64,000 nucleotides of DNA from the human T2T-CHM13v2.0 reference genome, Homo sapiens. The position numbers and the translations under genes were made by a program. The notes below the pieces were generated by a model. That model saw only the letters and a list, made by a program, of their open reading frames with translations, was not told where the DNA came from and did no database searches. The stretch is taken from NCBI RefSeq assembly GCF_009914755.1, contig NC_060925.1; one strand, 5' to 3'. This document shows positions 12,200 to 28,893 of the stretch, one piece after another (the first letter of the stretch is position 1; the number at the start of each line of letters is the position of its first letter).

Positions 12200-15100
12200 A
12201 TTTTCTCCTTTTCTTCTCGATACATAATACTTTACATATTTATGGGGTATATATGATCATATACGTAGTATGTATAATGGTCAAGCTTGTTATACACGTA
12301 GTATGTATAATGGTCAAGTCAGGATATTTGGGGTATCCATCACCTTGAGTATTTATCATTTCTATGTGTTGGTATCATTTCAAGTCCTCTCTTCTAGTTA
12401 CTTTGAAACATACAAAGTATTGTTGCCAAGTATAGTCACCCTATTCTGCTATCAAACATTAGAACTTATTTCTTCTATCTAACTGTATGTTTGTAACCAT
12501 TAATCAACTTCTCTTCATTCCCCTCCCACCAACCACCCTTCCCAGACTCTGGTATCTATCATTCTATTCTCTATGGCCATGAGGTCAAGTTTTTTAGCTC
12601 CCACATATGAGTAAGAACATGCAGCATTTGTCTTTCTGTGCCTGGCTAATTTCATTTAACATAGTGACTTCCAGCACCATCCTTATGGCTGCAAATGAGT
12701 TGATTTCATTCTTTTTTATGACCAATAATATTCCATTTTGTATCTATACCAGGTTTTCTCTATTCATTCATCCGTTGATGGACACTTAGGTTTATATCTT
12801 TGCTGTCATGAGTCGTGCTGTAATACACATCTGAACGCAGGCATCCCTTTGATATACTATTTATTTTCCTTTAGCTAGATACCCAGTAATAGGATTCCTG
12901 GATTATGGTAGTTCTATTTTTAGGTTTTAATAAATCTCCATATTGTTTTCCATAGTGGTTGTACTAATTTACATTCCCACCATCAGTGTATAAGAGTTCC
13001 CTGTTCTCTGCGCCCTCATCAGCCTCTGTTATTTTTTTCTTCTTTATAATAGCCATTCTAACTGGGGTAAGACGATATCTCATTTTGGTTTTGTTTTGCA
13101 CTTCCCTAATGATTCATGACATTGAGCATTTTTTCATGTATCCATTGGCCATTTGTCAGTCTTCATTTGAGAAATGTCTATTCATGCCGGTTTCCCATTT
13201 TAATGGGATTATTATTATTATTATTATTTATTGTTTAGTTGTTTGAGTTCCTTGTATATTCTGGAATTAGTCACCTGTTGCATGAGTAGTTAGCAAATAT
13301 TTTCTCCCATTCAAGAGGTTGTCTCTTTACTCTGTTGATTGTTTCTTCTGCTACATAGAAGTTTTTCCATTTAATACAGTCCTATTTGTCTATTTTTCGT
13401 TTTGTTGCCTGTGCTTTTGAGGTCTTGGCCATAAAATCTTTGCCTAGACCAATGCCCTGAAGAGTTTTTCTTATGTTTTCTTCTAGTAGTTTTATAGTTT
13501 TCCATCTTACATTAAAATTCTTAATCCATCTTCAGTTGTCTTCTGTATATAGTGAAAGATAGGAATCCAGTTGCATTCTTGTGCATATGGTTATTCAGTT
13601 TTCCCAGCACCATTTATTGAAGAGGGTGTTCTTTCCCCATTGTATGTCCTTGGTGATTTGTTGAAGATGAGTTAGCTGTAAATATGTGGATTTATTTCTG
13701 AGTTTTCAATTCTGTTCCATTGGTCTATGTGTCTGCTTTTATACCAATACCATCCTGATTTGGTTACTAAAGCCATGTAATCCATTTTGAAGTGAGTCAA
13801 GAAGTGACTCTGAAGACACATCTGAAGATAGTGTGATATATCCACTTTATTGTTTTTGCTCAGGATTACATTGGCTATTCTGGCTCTTTTTTGGTTCCAT
13901 ACAAATTTTAGTATTTTTTTTCTATTCTGCGGAAAATGACATTGGTATTTTGATGGGGATTGCGTTGAATCTGTAGATTGCTGCAAGCAGTATGGTCATT
14001 TTAATAATACTAATTATACTAGTCCATGAGCATGGAATGCCTTTCCATTTGTTTGTGTCATCTTGAATTTTGTTCATCAGTTTTATGTAGTATACCTTGT
14101 AGAGATCTTTCACCTACTTAGTTAAGTTTATTCCTAGGTTTTTTGTTGTTTGTTTGTTTGTTTTTTAGCTATTGTAAATCAGATTTCTTTCCTTTTTTTT
14201 TTTGAGACGGAGCTCTGTCACCCAGGCTAGAGTGCAGTGTGCGATCTCAGCTCACTACAACCTCCGTCTCCCAGGTTCAAGCTATTCTCCTGCCTCAGCT
14301 TCCCGAGTAGCTGGGATTACAGGCACATGCCACCATGCCTGGCTAATTTTTGTATTTTTAGTAGAGATGGGGTTTCACCGTGTTAGCCAGGCTGGTCTCA
14401 AACTCCCAACCTCAGGTGATCTACCTATCTTGGCCTCCCAAAGTGCTGGGATTACAGGTGTGAGTCGCCGTACCCGGCCTATTTATATCTTCTTGTACTA
14501 TGTCTTCAAAAATTGTTGTGATTATTATTTCTGAGTAGCTCATCTTTTAGTCATTCTACTCAAGATATGAGTAGTTTACACACCACAATTACAGTGTTAT
14601 GATATTCTGTGTTTTTCTGTGTACTTCCTATTACCAGTGAGTTTTGTACCTTCGGATAATTTTTGATTGCTCAATGACCTTTTCTTTCAGATTGAAGAAC
14701 TCTTTTTAGCATTTCTTGTAGGACAGGTCTGGTGTTGATGAAATTCCTCAGCTTTTGTTTTTCTGGGAAAGTCTTTATTTCTCCTTCATGTTTGAAGGAT
14801 AATTTCACCAGATATAATTTTCTAGGGTAAAAGTTTTTTCCTTCAGCACTTTAAATATATCATGCCACTCTCAGCGGGGTGCGATGGCTCACCCTTGTAA
14901 TTCCAGCACTTTGGGAGGCTGAGGCGGGTGGATCACCTGAGGACGGGAGTTTGAGACCAGCCTGGCCAATATGGTGAAAGCCCATTTTTGCTGAAAGTAT
15001 AAAAATTAGCCAGGTGTGATGGTGCACACCTGTAGTCCCAGCTACTTGGCAGGCTGAGGTGTGAGATCACTTGAGCCCAGGAGGCAGACGTTGCAGTGAG

Positions 15101-16130
15101 TCAAGATCACGCCACTGCACTCCAGCCTGGGTGGCAGAGTGAGACTCGTCTCTAAATAAATAAATAAATAATAAATCATGCTGCTATGGTGTACAAATGG
15201 GGGAAAGGCGTCCGCTCTCTATGCATGAGCCTAAGCACTGAGGCTGCTCCACCAGTGGGGGTAGGGTCACTGCCCAGGCCCCAGACAGTCAGCTCTCAGG
15301 CTCACCCACTTGGGCTCCTGGTGGCAGCAACTGCTGCATTTGTGTGGGTGTGGGGGAGGAAGGGGAGGCGGTGGGATGGGTGGAAGGAATTCCACTTTCC
15401 GATTATGAGCCCCAGAATAGAGTCTGTGCCACTGCTGGGGGCAAGGTCGCTCTCACAGGGTCTGGAAAGTGTCTGCTCTGGCTTACTGTGACTGTGTCCC
15501 AGGGGCTTCCTCCTTGGTGTGTGGCACCATCCTTTTCCTGAGGAGTAGTAGTTCATGTGGGCCAGGGTACTGGGGACCCTGTGCACATTTGGGTCCAGCC
15601 AGTGCTGTGCCACTGTAACCCTCTGAGTGGACACTAAGGGACATCAGTGGGGGATTCTGAAATGTGGACATAGGAGGGTGTGGTTCCCAGGGCAGGATGC
15701 AGTCCAGTGGTGGCTGTGCTTTCACAATGGTGCTGTGCTGCAGCCACGTACGTCTTGGGGAAGCATGTGACCCTGCATGAGTCCCCTGTCTGGTGAGATG
15801 CCCTGACAGGGCCTCCAGACCACCACCCACACTAGTCTCAGAGTTTGTATGGGTCGAGGAGCTCTCTCATGGTTAGGACTGCAGCAGTCTGCAGCAGGGA
15901 TGTGTATAGCAGAGGGATTCTCACCGCCAACCTTGGCTGAGTTGACCACTCACTTCCTGCTCCATCTGTGCCTCAGGTATTTCCCATAACTTCTCTGTTG
16001 AACTCCAGTGTTCTCTCCTAGATGTTCTATTGGAGGTATGATTATCTATTCACAATTATTGATTCCTTCTTTAAAGAGTGAGTGTCTAATGTCTCTAGTC
16101 AGCCATTTTGAACCCCTATCTCAGTTTTTT
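12200..16130 (-). mobile_element. Old L1 (L1MA-like), 3'UTR/ORF2 through 5' region, interrupted by Alus at 14192-14479 (-) and 14875-15174 (+)
   Basis: Minus-strand ORF remnants [12 protein letters not shown] and WYWYKSRHIDQWNRIENSEINPHIYS. Confidence 0.85.
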
Positions 16131-17332
16131 GAGAGATTTCTGTGGTTTGCCGTCACTTCCATGAGTTTATGCTAGCCACGCCAATAGGAATAGCTTCTAG
16201 GAATACTCCCATCAATCCATGTGCTGCCTGACCTGACATAATGACATGAAGCAGCAGTGCCAAAGGTTGTATTCTAGGAATATACCCTGTAGTATCTGGC
16301 ACTAAAAGTAAAGTGGGAAGCAAAGGAGAAACAAGTTTGGAATATGTGGAGCCAGAACACATCTATAGAAAATTCATCTAGTTCTCAGCTGTGTAAAATT
16401 ATAAGTGGGCAATTAATTTCTTATTAAATCCTAGCCAAAACAAAATTTATCTCTTGCCAAGGAAACTGGTCAGTGATGCAGTGTACATAATTATAAATGC
16501 AGCATACATATGAAGATGTAATCAAGGAGTATGAAGTCAAAAGATAGATATATGGTTTTTTATTTTCAAGAATTCTACTTCTGACTTCAAAATAGAGTAA
16601 CAGGAACTGGATTTATTCTCACACCTAAAAAAAAACTAAGCATTAAGCCAAATATATTAAAGACATTGACGATCAGACAACAAAGGACACAGATGGGAAA
16701 CAAAGTGAGTCTTATAATTGCCCCCCAACAGGAAGGAGAATTCCAGGCATGGCCTCATGATCTCCTTAAGTTCAGGAGGTAAAGCTGGGAGTCTTGGGAG
16801 GGAAGAGTATTGGATGTAAGACAGCTTCAGTGAGAGAGATCACCAGAGGATGTGAGAGGCCTCCCCTGGAGTCTTCAACTAAGTGCTAATCAGCAAATGT
16901 ATGAGGAAACTACCCAAGACCAATGAGAGAACCACCCAAAAGGATTAGAAGAAACTACTCAGAGATCTCATGGGACTGGGAGTAGTTTCTGTTCTCATTA
17001 GCGAAAAATGAAAAATCTCATAATTTGCAGCACATTCAAAGAGTCTTCAGAGTTTTGTCTCTATAGTGGGCCAAAATAAGCCCTAGAATAAATGATGCTC
17101 TGTTCCCACCAACCCCCAACCAATGAAAAAAAAAAAAAAAGACTCAAAAGGATAAAACTGTTTCTAAATAACTATGTCTCAGAATAAAGCTCAAGAATAT
17201 GTATAGGAAAACAAAAATGTCCAGCAGTCAAAAGGTAAAAATCACAATGTCTGGCATCCAATAAAAAATTACAAAGAAGTAGAAAAATATGGCAAATAAT
17301 TAGAAGAAAACTCAATCCTTGAAAATTACTTC

Positions 17333-17531
17333 AGGGTGGGCAACATGGAGAAACCTTGTCTCTACAAAAAATACAAAATTTAGCTGGGTGTGGTGGTGTG
17401 TGCCAGGAGTCCCAGCTACTCAGGAGGCTGAGGTGGGAGGATCACTTGAGCTTGGGAGATTGATGCTGCCGTGAGTTGTGATCATGCCACTGCACTCTAG
17501 CCTGGGCAACAAAGCAATACTAAAAAAAAAA
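17333..17531 (+). mobile_element. 5'-truncated AluJ
   Basis: Alu linker and right arm. Confidence 0.85.
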
Positions 17532-17850
17532 AGGAGAGAAAGAGAAAGAGAGAGGGAGGGAGGGGAGGGAAGGGGAGAGAGAGAGAGGGAAGGAGGGAGA
17601 AAGGGAGAGGGAGAGGAAAGAAAAAGGAAAGGAAGAAAAAGAAAGAAAGAAACACGGAAGGAGGAAGGAAGGAAGGGAAAAAAGAAAGAAAAAAGAGAAA
17701 GAAAGAAAAAGGAAGGAAGGAAAGAAGGAAGGAAGGAAAAGAAAGAGAGGAAGGGAGGGCGGGAGGGACAGGAGAGAGGGAGGGAAGGAGGGAGGGAGAG
17801 GAAAGGAAGGAAGGAAGGAAGGAAAAGAGGGAGGGAGGGAGAGAGGGAAG
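17532..17850. repeat. GA-rich (GGAA/GAAA/GGGA) low-complexity tract grown from an Alu tail
   Basis: About 320 nt, almost entirely purines. Confidence 0.95.
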
Positions 17851-18356
17851 GCAGGCTGGTCAAAATAACACAATGACAGAAATAGCAGACAATTACATTA
17901 AAATAGCTATTATAACTGTACTGTATATTCAAGGAGATAGGGAAAAGATTGAGTTTGGTAACTAGAGACATGAAAGATGCAGAAAAACTAAAATCAAACT
18001 TCTAGAGATGAAAATCCCAGTATCTGAGATTAAAAAAAAATGGATGAGATTAGCAACAGATTACACATTGTGGAAGAAATGATTATTAAATATGAAGAAA
18101 TATTAATAAAAGCAATCCATAATAAAACACAGAGCATAAGAAATTTTTTTTAATGAACAAAGCATCAGTGAGCTTTGGGTCACATTCAGGTGACCTAATG
18201 TAAGTTTAATCGGCATCCCCAAAGAAAAATATTTGAACAAACAATAGCCAAGATTTTCCAAATTTGATGAAAATAATAAATTCACAGATACAAAAAAAGC
18301 CAATAAATATAAGCATAAGAAACATGAAGGAAACTGCAACAAGAAACATCATAATC

Positions 18357-19026
<670 letters not shown>

Positions 19027-19271
19027 AAGAGAACACTTTTAAAACAACCAGAGGAAAAAAAGCTATTACATACAGATGAACAAACATAAAAGAACATGAG
19101 ATTTCTCATTAGTAATGACACAATCCTGAAGACAGTGGAGCAGTTAGTGGTAGACTACTGAGGAAAAAAACTGTCAACCTAGAATTCTAAACCCAGTGAA
19201 AATACCTTTCAAAAACAATGGCGATAGTCACTTTTTAAAATGTGAAACACCGTTCAGAAAAATGAGGATCG

Positions 19272-19706
19272 TGTTATGGTTTCAATCTGTATCCCCACCC
19301 AAATCTCATGTCGAATTGTGATCTCCAATGTTGGAGGTGGAGTCTGGTGGGAGGTGATTGGATCATGAGCATGGATCCTTCATGAATAGTTTAGCACCCT
19401 TGGTGCTGTTCTCATGATAATGAGTAAGTTCTTGAGAGATCTGGTTGTTTAAAAGTGTGTAGCAATCCCCCCCACACACACCCAGCTCTCTCTCTTGCTC
19501 CTGCTTTGGCCATGTGATGTGCCTGCTACCCCTTCACTTTCCACCATAATTGTTAAGTTTCCTGAGGCCTCCCCAGAAAGGGAGCAGATGCTAGCATCAT
19601 GCTTCCTGTACAGCCAACAGAACCATGAGACAGTTAAACCTCTTTTCATTATAAATTACCCAGTCTCAGGTACTTCTGTACAGCAATACAAGAATGAACT
19701 AATACA
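19272..19706 (+). mobile_element. MST (ERVL-MaLR) solo LTR
   Basis: TGTTATGGTTT...ccccacccaaatctcatg...AACTAATACA termini; 5-bp TSD gatcg/gattg. Confidence 0.85.
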
Positions 19707-22414
19707 GATTGCTTTCCTTGATGTGTGAGAGTCATCATCTCTCCTCTTGGTTCATTATTGGGTGTGCTATAAATAAAATCATTAGCAATTAAAGTGAGAT
19801 TTGCCCACACACACAAAAAGCAAAATAAAGATATTTCTCAAACATGCACATGATGAAAGAATTCCTCATCAGCAGAACTGCAGTACAAGAAATACTAAAG
19901 GAAGTAGTTCAGGCAAAATAAAACTAATAACAAATCTGCATCTATACAAAGGAATGATGAGCATCAAAAAATGGTAGGCATATGGGTAAATATGAAAGAC
20001 TTACCCATTTTAAAGAGATTTAAAGAACAATAACTTTTCTTTAAATATTTAAATCTCTCTAAAGAGTTATCACAGTGTATTGTGGGCTTTTTCACATATG
20101 TAGAAATAAAATGTATGACAATGATAGCACAAACGCTGAGGGAAGAGAAATGGAAATATACTGTAGTAAGATTCTTATTCTGTAAATTCATCGGCATAAT
20201 ATCACATGAAGCTAGACCACAATAAGTTAAAGATGTACACAATGAGCCATAAAGCAACCATGAAAAAAAGCAAAACAAAACTAATAAGGCAACAAAGAAG
20301 ATAAAAATAGAATCATAAAAATAATCTATAAGAAGGAAAGAAGAACAAAGAACCTATGGTAGAAAAATAACATTATTGATTTAAGCTAACTATATGAATA
20401 ATCGCTTACAATTTAAATAGCCTAAACAACTCAATTAAAGGCAGAGATTGTCCAATTGTATTTTAAAGACAAACACTCAAAAATATGCTGCCCACAAGAA
20501 ATCCAATATAAATATAAAGACATGTATAGGGTAAATTATTATTGACTACCCCACCCAAATGCAACAGAATACATATTATTTTTTAATGCACACATAGAAC
20601 ATTTACAATGATAGACAATATTTTTGGCTACTGAAAAGTCTCAATACATTTTAAAAGATCTAAATCATGCAAATTATGTTCTCTGGCCACAATGGAATTC
20701 AATTAGAGTAAATAAAATGCGGGTTTCTGGGATATCCCTAAATATTTGGAAAATAACACACTACCAAATAACCCATGGGTCAAAGGAAATTAAAGGAGAA
20801 ATTAGAAAATAATTTGAACTGAATGAAAAGGAAGATGTAACATATCAATATTTATGGGACACAGATTGAGTACTTAAAGAGAAATTTATAACACTAAATG
20901 CCTATATTAAAAAAGAAGAAAGATATAAAATCAGTTAAGCAAATAGAAGTTCAAATGACATCACCAAGATGGTGGATGAGAAGGTAATGCCCATCCCCCA
21001 CTGAGAAAAACAACGAATAAACAACTACATACCAACCAAAATAGCTCTGGGAGAGCTGCAGAGTACAATGAAAAACTTGCAGCAACCCAAAGGACCACAC
21101 AAACCAAGATAGCCATATTAAAAAATACAGAAAGTATCCTACCTACTCCACCCCATCCCCCAGTCCAAGCACAGCTTTGCACCAAGAGGCATCTCCTGGA
21201 CACAACCCACAACCTCCACCTGTGGGAGAAAAGGAGAGCAGGAGGACCCCAGCATCCTTTGCCACCAATGCAAACATTGACCACTTTTACCACTGAGGAC
21301 CCCTGCAGTTTCCACCAGTGATGATCTCAACTGACAGAGCTTTCCAGGGTCCATGCTGCTGTGTCCCCCTGGAGAAGAAGCTGCTGTGTCCCCAGTGGCC
21401 AAGATTACCAACTCACCGTCTCACAATTGCATGTATGCTCTAGACCCCAGAGCCAAGGCTGCTACATGTATGATGGACACTTCTGACACTGGCACCACCA
21501 CTGCCATGGGCACACCTGTACCCCAGATCACAGAGCCATGGCTGTTCTGTGTGCAACCAAGCATCAAATACCAGCACCACTACCAACATGAGCACACCTG
21601 CACTGTGGATCTGGCACAAAAAGGGATCCCATCAGCTGTGAAGTTCCCCCAAGCAGGAATAAGAGAACAGGAAAATGCCAGCAGCCTTTGCTGTTGCATT
21701 TGGGTGGGGTAGTCAATAATAATTTACCCTATACATGTCTTTATATTTAGAGTACCCAAGCAACTTTTTCTGCTGCTGTGTACACCCACAGCCTTGGCTG
21801 CTGAGGGCCTCCAGAGCCATTGGCCATGCTGATCTCAGCTGATGGAGCTTTATAGAGAGTATGCTGCTGTACCCACCATGGAGTTGGAGCTGATGCTGTG
21901 GCTTCCCAGAGCTAGAACCACCACACCCAACTCAGACAGCATCTTCATGCCCACTTATAAATGGTCTTTCCCTATTGAAATGAGTCCATACAGTCTGGAA
22001 GAGGTGGCTATTACTTCAAACATGCAGACATCACTACAAGGCTAAAGAAACATAAAAAATCAAGGAAATATTACACCGCCAAAGGAACACAATAATTTTT
22101 CAGTAATTAACCCCAAAGAAATAGAGATCTATGAACTACCTAAAGAATAATTCAAAATAATTGTTTAAGGAAGCTTGGTGGCTACAAGAAGACACTGGGA
22201 ATTCAGTGAAACCAGAAAAGCAATACAAGAACAGATTAAAAGTTCAAGAAAGAGATAGAAATCATTTTAAAATAACCAAACAAATTATGGAGTTGAAGAA
22301 TACAATGAATGAAATTGAAAATACAATAGAGAATTTCAACAGCAGACTTGATCAAGCAAAATAATTTTAAAAAAAAATCTGTGAACCTGAAGACACATCA
22401 TTTGAAATTATCTA

Positions 22415-22845
<431 letters not shown>

Positions 22846-23203
22846 GGAGAGAGGGCAGAAAGCTTATTAAAAAAAAATAATAAAGGCTAAAAACTTCCCA
22901 AATCTTGAGAGAGATATAGACATCCAGATTCATGATACCAAATAGCCCCCAAATAGAATCAACCCAAAGAAGACTACATCAAGGCATATTATAATCAAAT
23001 TACCAAAAGTTAAGGACAAAGAGAATTTTGAAAGCAGTAAGAGAAAAGTAACTGATCACATATAAGGGAGACTCGATGGGACTATTGGAAGATTTCTCAG
23101 AAGAAAACTTGCTGACCAGGAGAAAATAGGGTGATATAACCCAAGTACTGAAAGAAAAAAAAATGCCATTTAAAAATACTATTCCTAGAAAAATTTTCCT
23201 TTA

Positions 23204-24210
<1,007 letters not shown>

Positions 24211-24280
24211 TCACAAAGTGTGCAGGGGTGCAGGGATGGAGAGTAAAAGTCTAGTGTTTTTGTAAGCAATTGAAGTTAAG

Positions 24281-24588
24281 TTTTTTTGTTGTTGTTGTTT
24301 TATTTTTGAGACGGGGTCTCGCTCTGTCTCCCAGGCTGGAGCGCAGTGTCGCATCTCTGCTCACTGCAAGCTCTGCCTCCTGGGTTCACACCATTCTCCT
24401 GCCTCAGCCTCCCAAGTAGCTGGGACTACAGGCACCTGCTACCATGCCCGACTAATTTTCTGTATTTTTTTAGTAGAGACGGGGTTTCACGGTGTTAGCC
24501 AGGATGGTCTCAATCTCCTGACCTCGTGATCTGCCTGCCTCAGCCTCCCAAAGTGCTGGGATTACAGACGTGAGCCACTGCACCCAGC
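24281..24588 (-). mobile_element. AluY
   Basis: Reverse dimer; TSD tgaagttaagtt. Confidence 0.88.
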
Positions 24589-24655
24589 TGAAGTTAAGTT
24601 GTTATCAACTAAAAATAAGTTACAACTCCAAGCTAACCATAAAGAAAAGACCTAT

Positions 24656-25009
<354 letters not shown>

Positions 25010-25463
25010 CTATTATGAACAATTACATGCCAACAAACAGGAACAAACAGGATCACCTAGAAGAAATGGATAAATTTCTAGAAACATACAACCTACCAAA
25101 ACTGAAGCAAAAAATAGAAAGCCTGAACAGACCAATAAAAAATAAGGCAACTGAATCAGTACTCAAAAAATCTCCCAAAAAAGAAAGCCCAGAACCAGAT
25201 GGCTTCATAGGTGAATTCTACCAAGCATTTTAAAAAGAATGAACACCTAATCTTTCTTAAACTCTTCTGAAAAATAGAAGAAAAGGGAACACTTCAGAAG
25301 TTATTCTGCAAGGCCAAAATTACCCTGATACCAAAACCAGACAAAGATACTCCGAGAAAAGAAAACCTCAGGCCAATATACCTGATTAACTTAGATGTAA
25401 AAACCCTCAATGAAATACTAGCAAAACTAATTCAACAGCACATTATAAAAATTATACACCATA

Positions 25464-25793
<330 letters not shown>

Positions 25794-26305
25794 TTATTTG
25801 TTCATTTGTTTTATTATCCCTGGAATGCAAGTATGGTTCAACGTATGAAAATCAATCAATGTGATACAACATATTAGCTAAAGAAAAAATGTGATTATCT
25901 CAATAGATGCAGAAAAAACGTTTGGCAAAGTACAATATCTATTCATGACTCTCAACAAAAGAGGTACAGAAGAAACTTACCCTAAAATAATAAAGGCCAT
26001 TATGAAAAGTCCACAGCTAATATCATAACCAATGGGGAAAAACTACAAGCTTTCCTTCTAAGATCTGGTACAAGGCAAGGATGCCCACTTTCACCTTCTT
26101 TTCAACATAGTACTAGAAGTCCTAGCCAGAGCAATGAGACAAGAAAAAGCCATCCAAACAAAAAAGAAGTAAACTTATCCTTCTTTGCAGATGGTGTGAT
26201 CATGTACATAGAAAACACAGAAGACTCAATGAAAAAACTGTTAGAACTAATAAATGAATTCAGTAAATTTGCAGGGTACAAAAATCAACATAAAAAAATT
26301 AATCA

Positions 26306-27209
26306 GGCCAGGCGTGGTGGCTCATGCCCATAAGCCTAGCACTTTGGGAGGCCAGGTCAAGAGAATTGCTTGAGTCCAGGATTCAAGACCAGCCTGGGCA
26401 ACATAAGGAGACCCCCATATCTACAAAAATTTTTTTAAATTAGTCGGGCATGGTGGCTCACGTCTGTAATCCCAGCACCTTGGGAGGCAGAGGCGGGCAG
26501 ATCACTTGAGGTCAGGAGTTTGAGACCAGCCTGGCCAACATGGTGAAACCCCATCTCTACTAAATACAAAAGATTAACCTGGTACAGTGGTGCATGCCTG
26601 TAATCCCAGCTACTTGGGAGTCTGAGGCAGGAGAATTGCTTGAACCTGGGAGGCAGAGGTTGCAGTGAGTTGAGATTGTGCATTGCACTCCAGCCTGGGC
26701 AACAAGAGTGAAAACTCCATCTCAAAAAAAAAAAAAAATTAGCCAGGCTAATTTAAACGGTGGTGCATGCCTGTGGTTCCAACTATTTGGGAGGCTGATG
26801 TGGGAGAATAGTTTGAACCCGAGAGGTCAAGGCTGCAGTGAGTCGTGATTGTGCTACTACACTCCAACCTGGATGACAGAACAAGACCCTGTGTCAAAAA
26901 ATAATAATAATAATCACATAAAAAAATTTTGAGACAGAGCCTTGCTCTGTCACCCAGGCTGCAGTGCAGTGATGTTATCATAGCTCACTGTAGTCTTAAA
27001 CTTCTGGACTCAAGCAATCGTCCTGCCTCAGCCTACTGATAATCTGGGACTACAGGCACATGCTACCAGCCCCACTAATTTTATCTTTTTGTAAAGACAG
27101 GGTCTTGCTATGTTGCCCAGGCTAGTCTCAAACTCCTGGCCTCAAGCAATCCTCCTGCCTCAGCCTCCGAAAGCACTGGAATTACAGGCATGAGCCACCA
27201 TGCCCAGCC
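26306..27209. mobile_element. Alu cluster: AluJ with an AluS nested in its linker (26306-26912, +), followed by an inverted Alu (26926-27209, -)
   Basis: Left arm, full Alu, right arm, then reverse dimer. Confidence 0.8.
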
Positions 27210-27620
27210 CTAGTCACATTTCTAGACACAAACAGCAAAGTAGTCAGAAAGAAAATTAAGGAAACAATCCCATTCCCATTAGCAACAAAAAGAATAAAAT
27301 ATTGAGGAATAAACTTAGCCAAAAAGACTTGTACACTAAAATTATAAAACATTGAAGGAAATTAAATAACATTATAGATAAATGAAAAAGATATCGCATG
27401 TCCATAGATTGAAAAAATATTGGTAAAATGTTCATACTACCCAAAGTGATCTACAGATTTAACGCCATCCCTATCAAAATCCCAATGGTATTCTTTACAG
27501 AAATAGACAATAGAATCCTAAAATTCACATGGGATGACAAAAGACCTAGAATGTCCAAAGCAATCTTGAGCAAGAACAAAGCTGGATTAATCACACTTCC
27601 CAATTTTGAAATGTATTATA

Positions 27621-27756
27621 GCCAGATACAGGGTAGTCCCAGCTACCTGGGAGTGGAGTCTGAGGCAGGAGGATGCTTCAGCCTAGGAGTTTGAGGCTGC
27701 AGTGTGCTATGATTGCACCTGTGAATAGCCACTGCACTCTAGCCTGGGCAACATAG
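27621..27756 (+). mobile_element. FAM (fossil Alu monomer) followed by (CA)n 27759-27811
   Basis: Retains the 7SL-derived cctgtgaatagccactgcactc segment that dimeric Alus lack. Confidence 0.75.
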
Positions 27757-27811
<55 letters not shown>

Positions 27812-28670
27812 TTATAGTAATGAAAACAGTATGGTACTTGCATAAAAACAATATATAGAGCAAAGGGACAGAATAGAGCTCCCAGAAACAAATCCATGCA
27901 TCTATAGTCAACTGATCTTCAACAAGGATGCCAATAACACACAATTGGAAAAGGATCATCTCCTTGATAGTGTTGGAAAAACTGGATATACAAATGCAGA
28001 AGGATGAAATTGGATCCATGTCTCACACTATATACAAAAATCAACTCAAAAAGGATTACAGATCTAAGCTTAAAAGCTAAAACCATAAAACTCCTAGAAG
28101 AAAACATAGGGGAACATTTTCTTGATATTGGCCTGGGAAATGATTTTTTTTTTGATGTGACACAAAAAGCACAAGCAACAGAAGCAAAAATAGACAAATG
28201 AGACTGCATCAAACTAAAAAGCTTCTGCACGGCAAAGGAAACAACAGAGAAAAAAGGCAGTCTAAGGAATGGGAGAAAATATTTTCAAACTATGTATCTG
28301 ATAAGAGGTTAACATTTAAAATATATAAGGAACTCATACAACTGAATAACAAAAAAAAAAAAGAAAGAGAGAATAAATTTAAAAAATAAATAAATAACCC
28401 TACTTTAAAATGAGCAAAGGACCTGAATAGACATTTCCCAAAAGAAGGCATACAGATGGCCAATAAGTATATGAAATCATCAGAGAAATGCAAATCAAAT
28501 GAAACGTCACCTCACACCTGTTAGAATTAGTATTATCAAAAAGACAAAAGCCAGGTATGGTGGCTTGCGCTTATAATTTCAGCTATTCAGGAGACTGAGG
28601 TGGGAGGATCACTTGAGCCCTGGAGTTCAAGACGAACCTGAGCAACATAGTGAGACTTTGTCTCCAAAAA

Positions 28671-28839
28671 TTATATATATATAATTTTATATAATAATTT
28701 TAACAATTTTATATAATTTATATAATAAATTATATATATCATTTTTATATATAATTTTGTCTCCAAAAATTTTATATATATATACACATATATATATACA
28801 CATATATATACACATATATATACACATATATATATACAC

Positions 28840-28870
<31 letters not shown>

Positions 28871-28893
28871 TATATATATAGAGAGAGAGAGAG
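28671..28893. repeat. AT-rich / (TATATACACA)n / (GA)n simple repeat between a FLAM (28550-28670, +) and an Alu (28897-29147, -)
   Basis: Direct reading. Confidence 0.9.

Noticed and set aside
17420-17971. ORFs of 117-183 aa (K/R/E/G-rich and F/S/L/P-rich)
   Set aside because: Translations of the purine tract and Alu; no coding signal.
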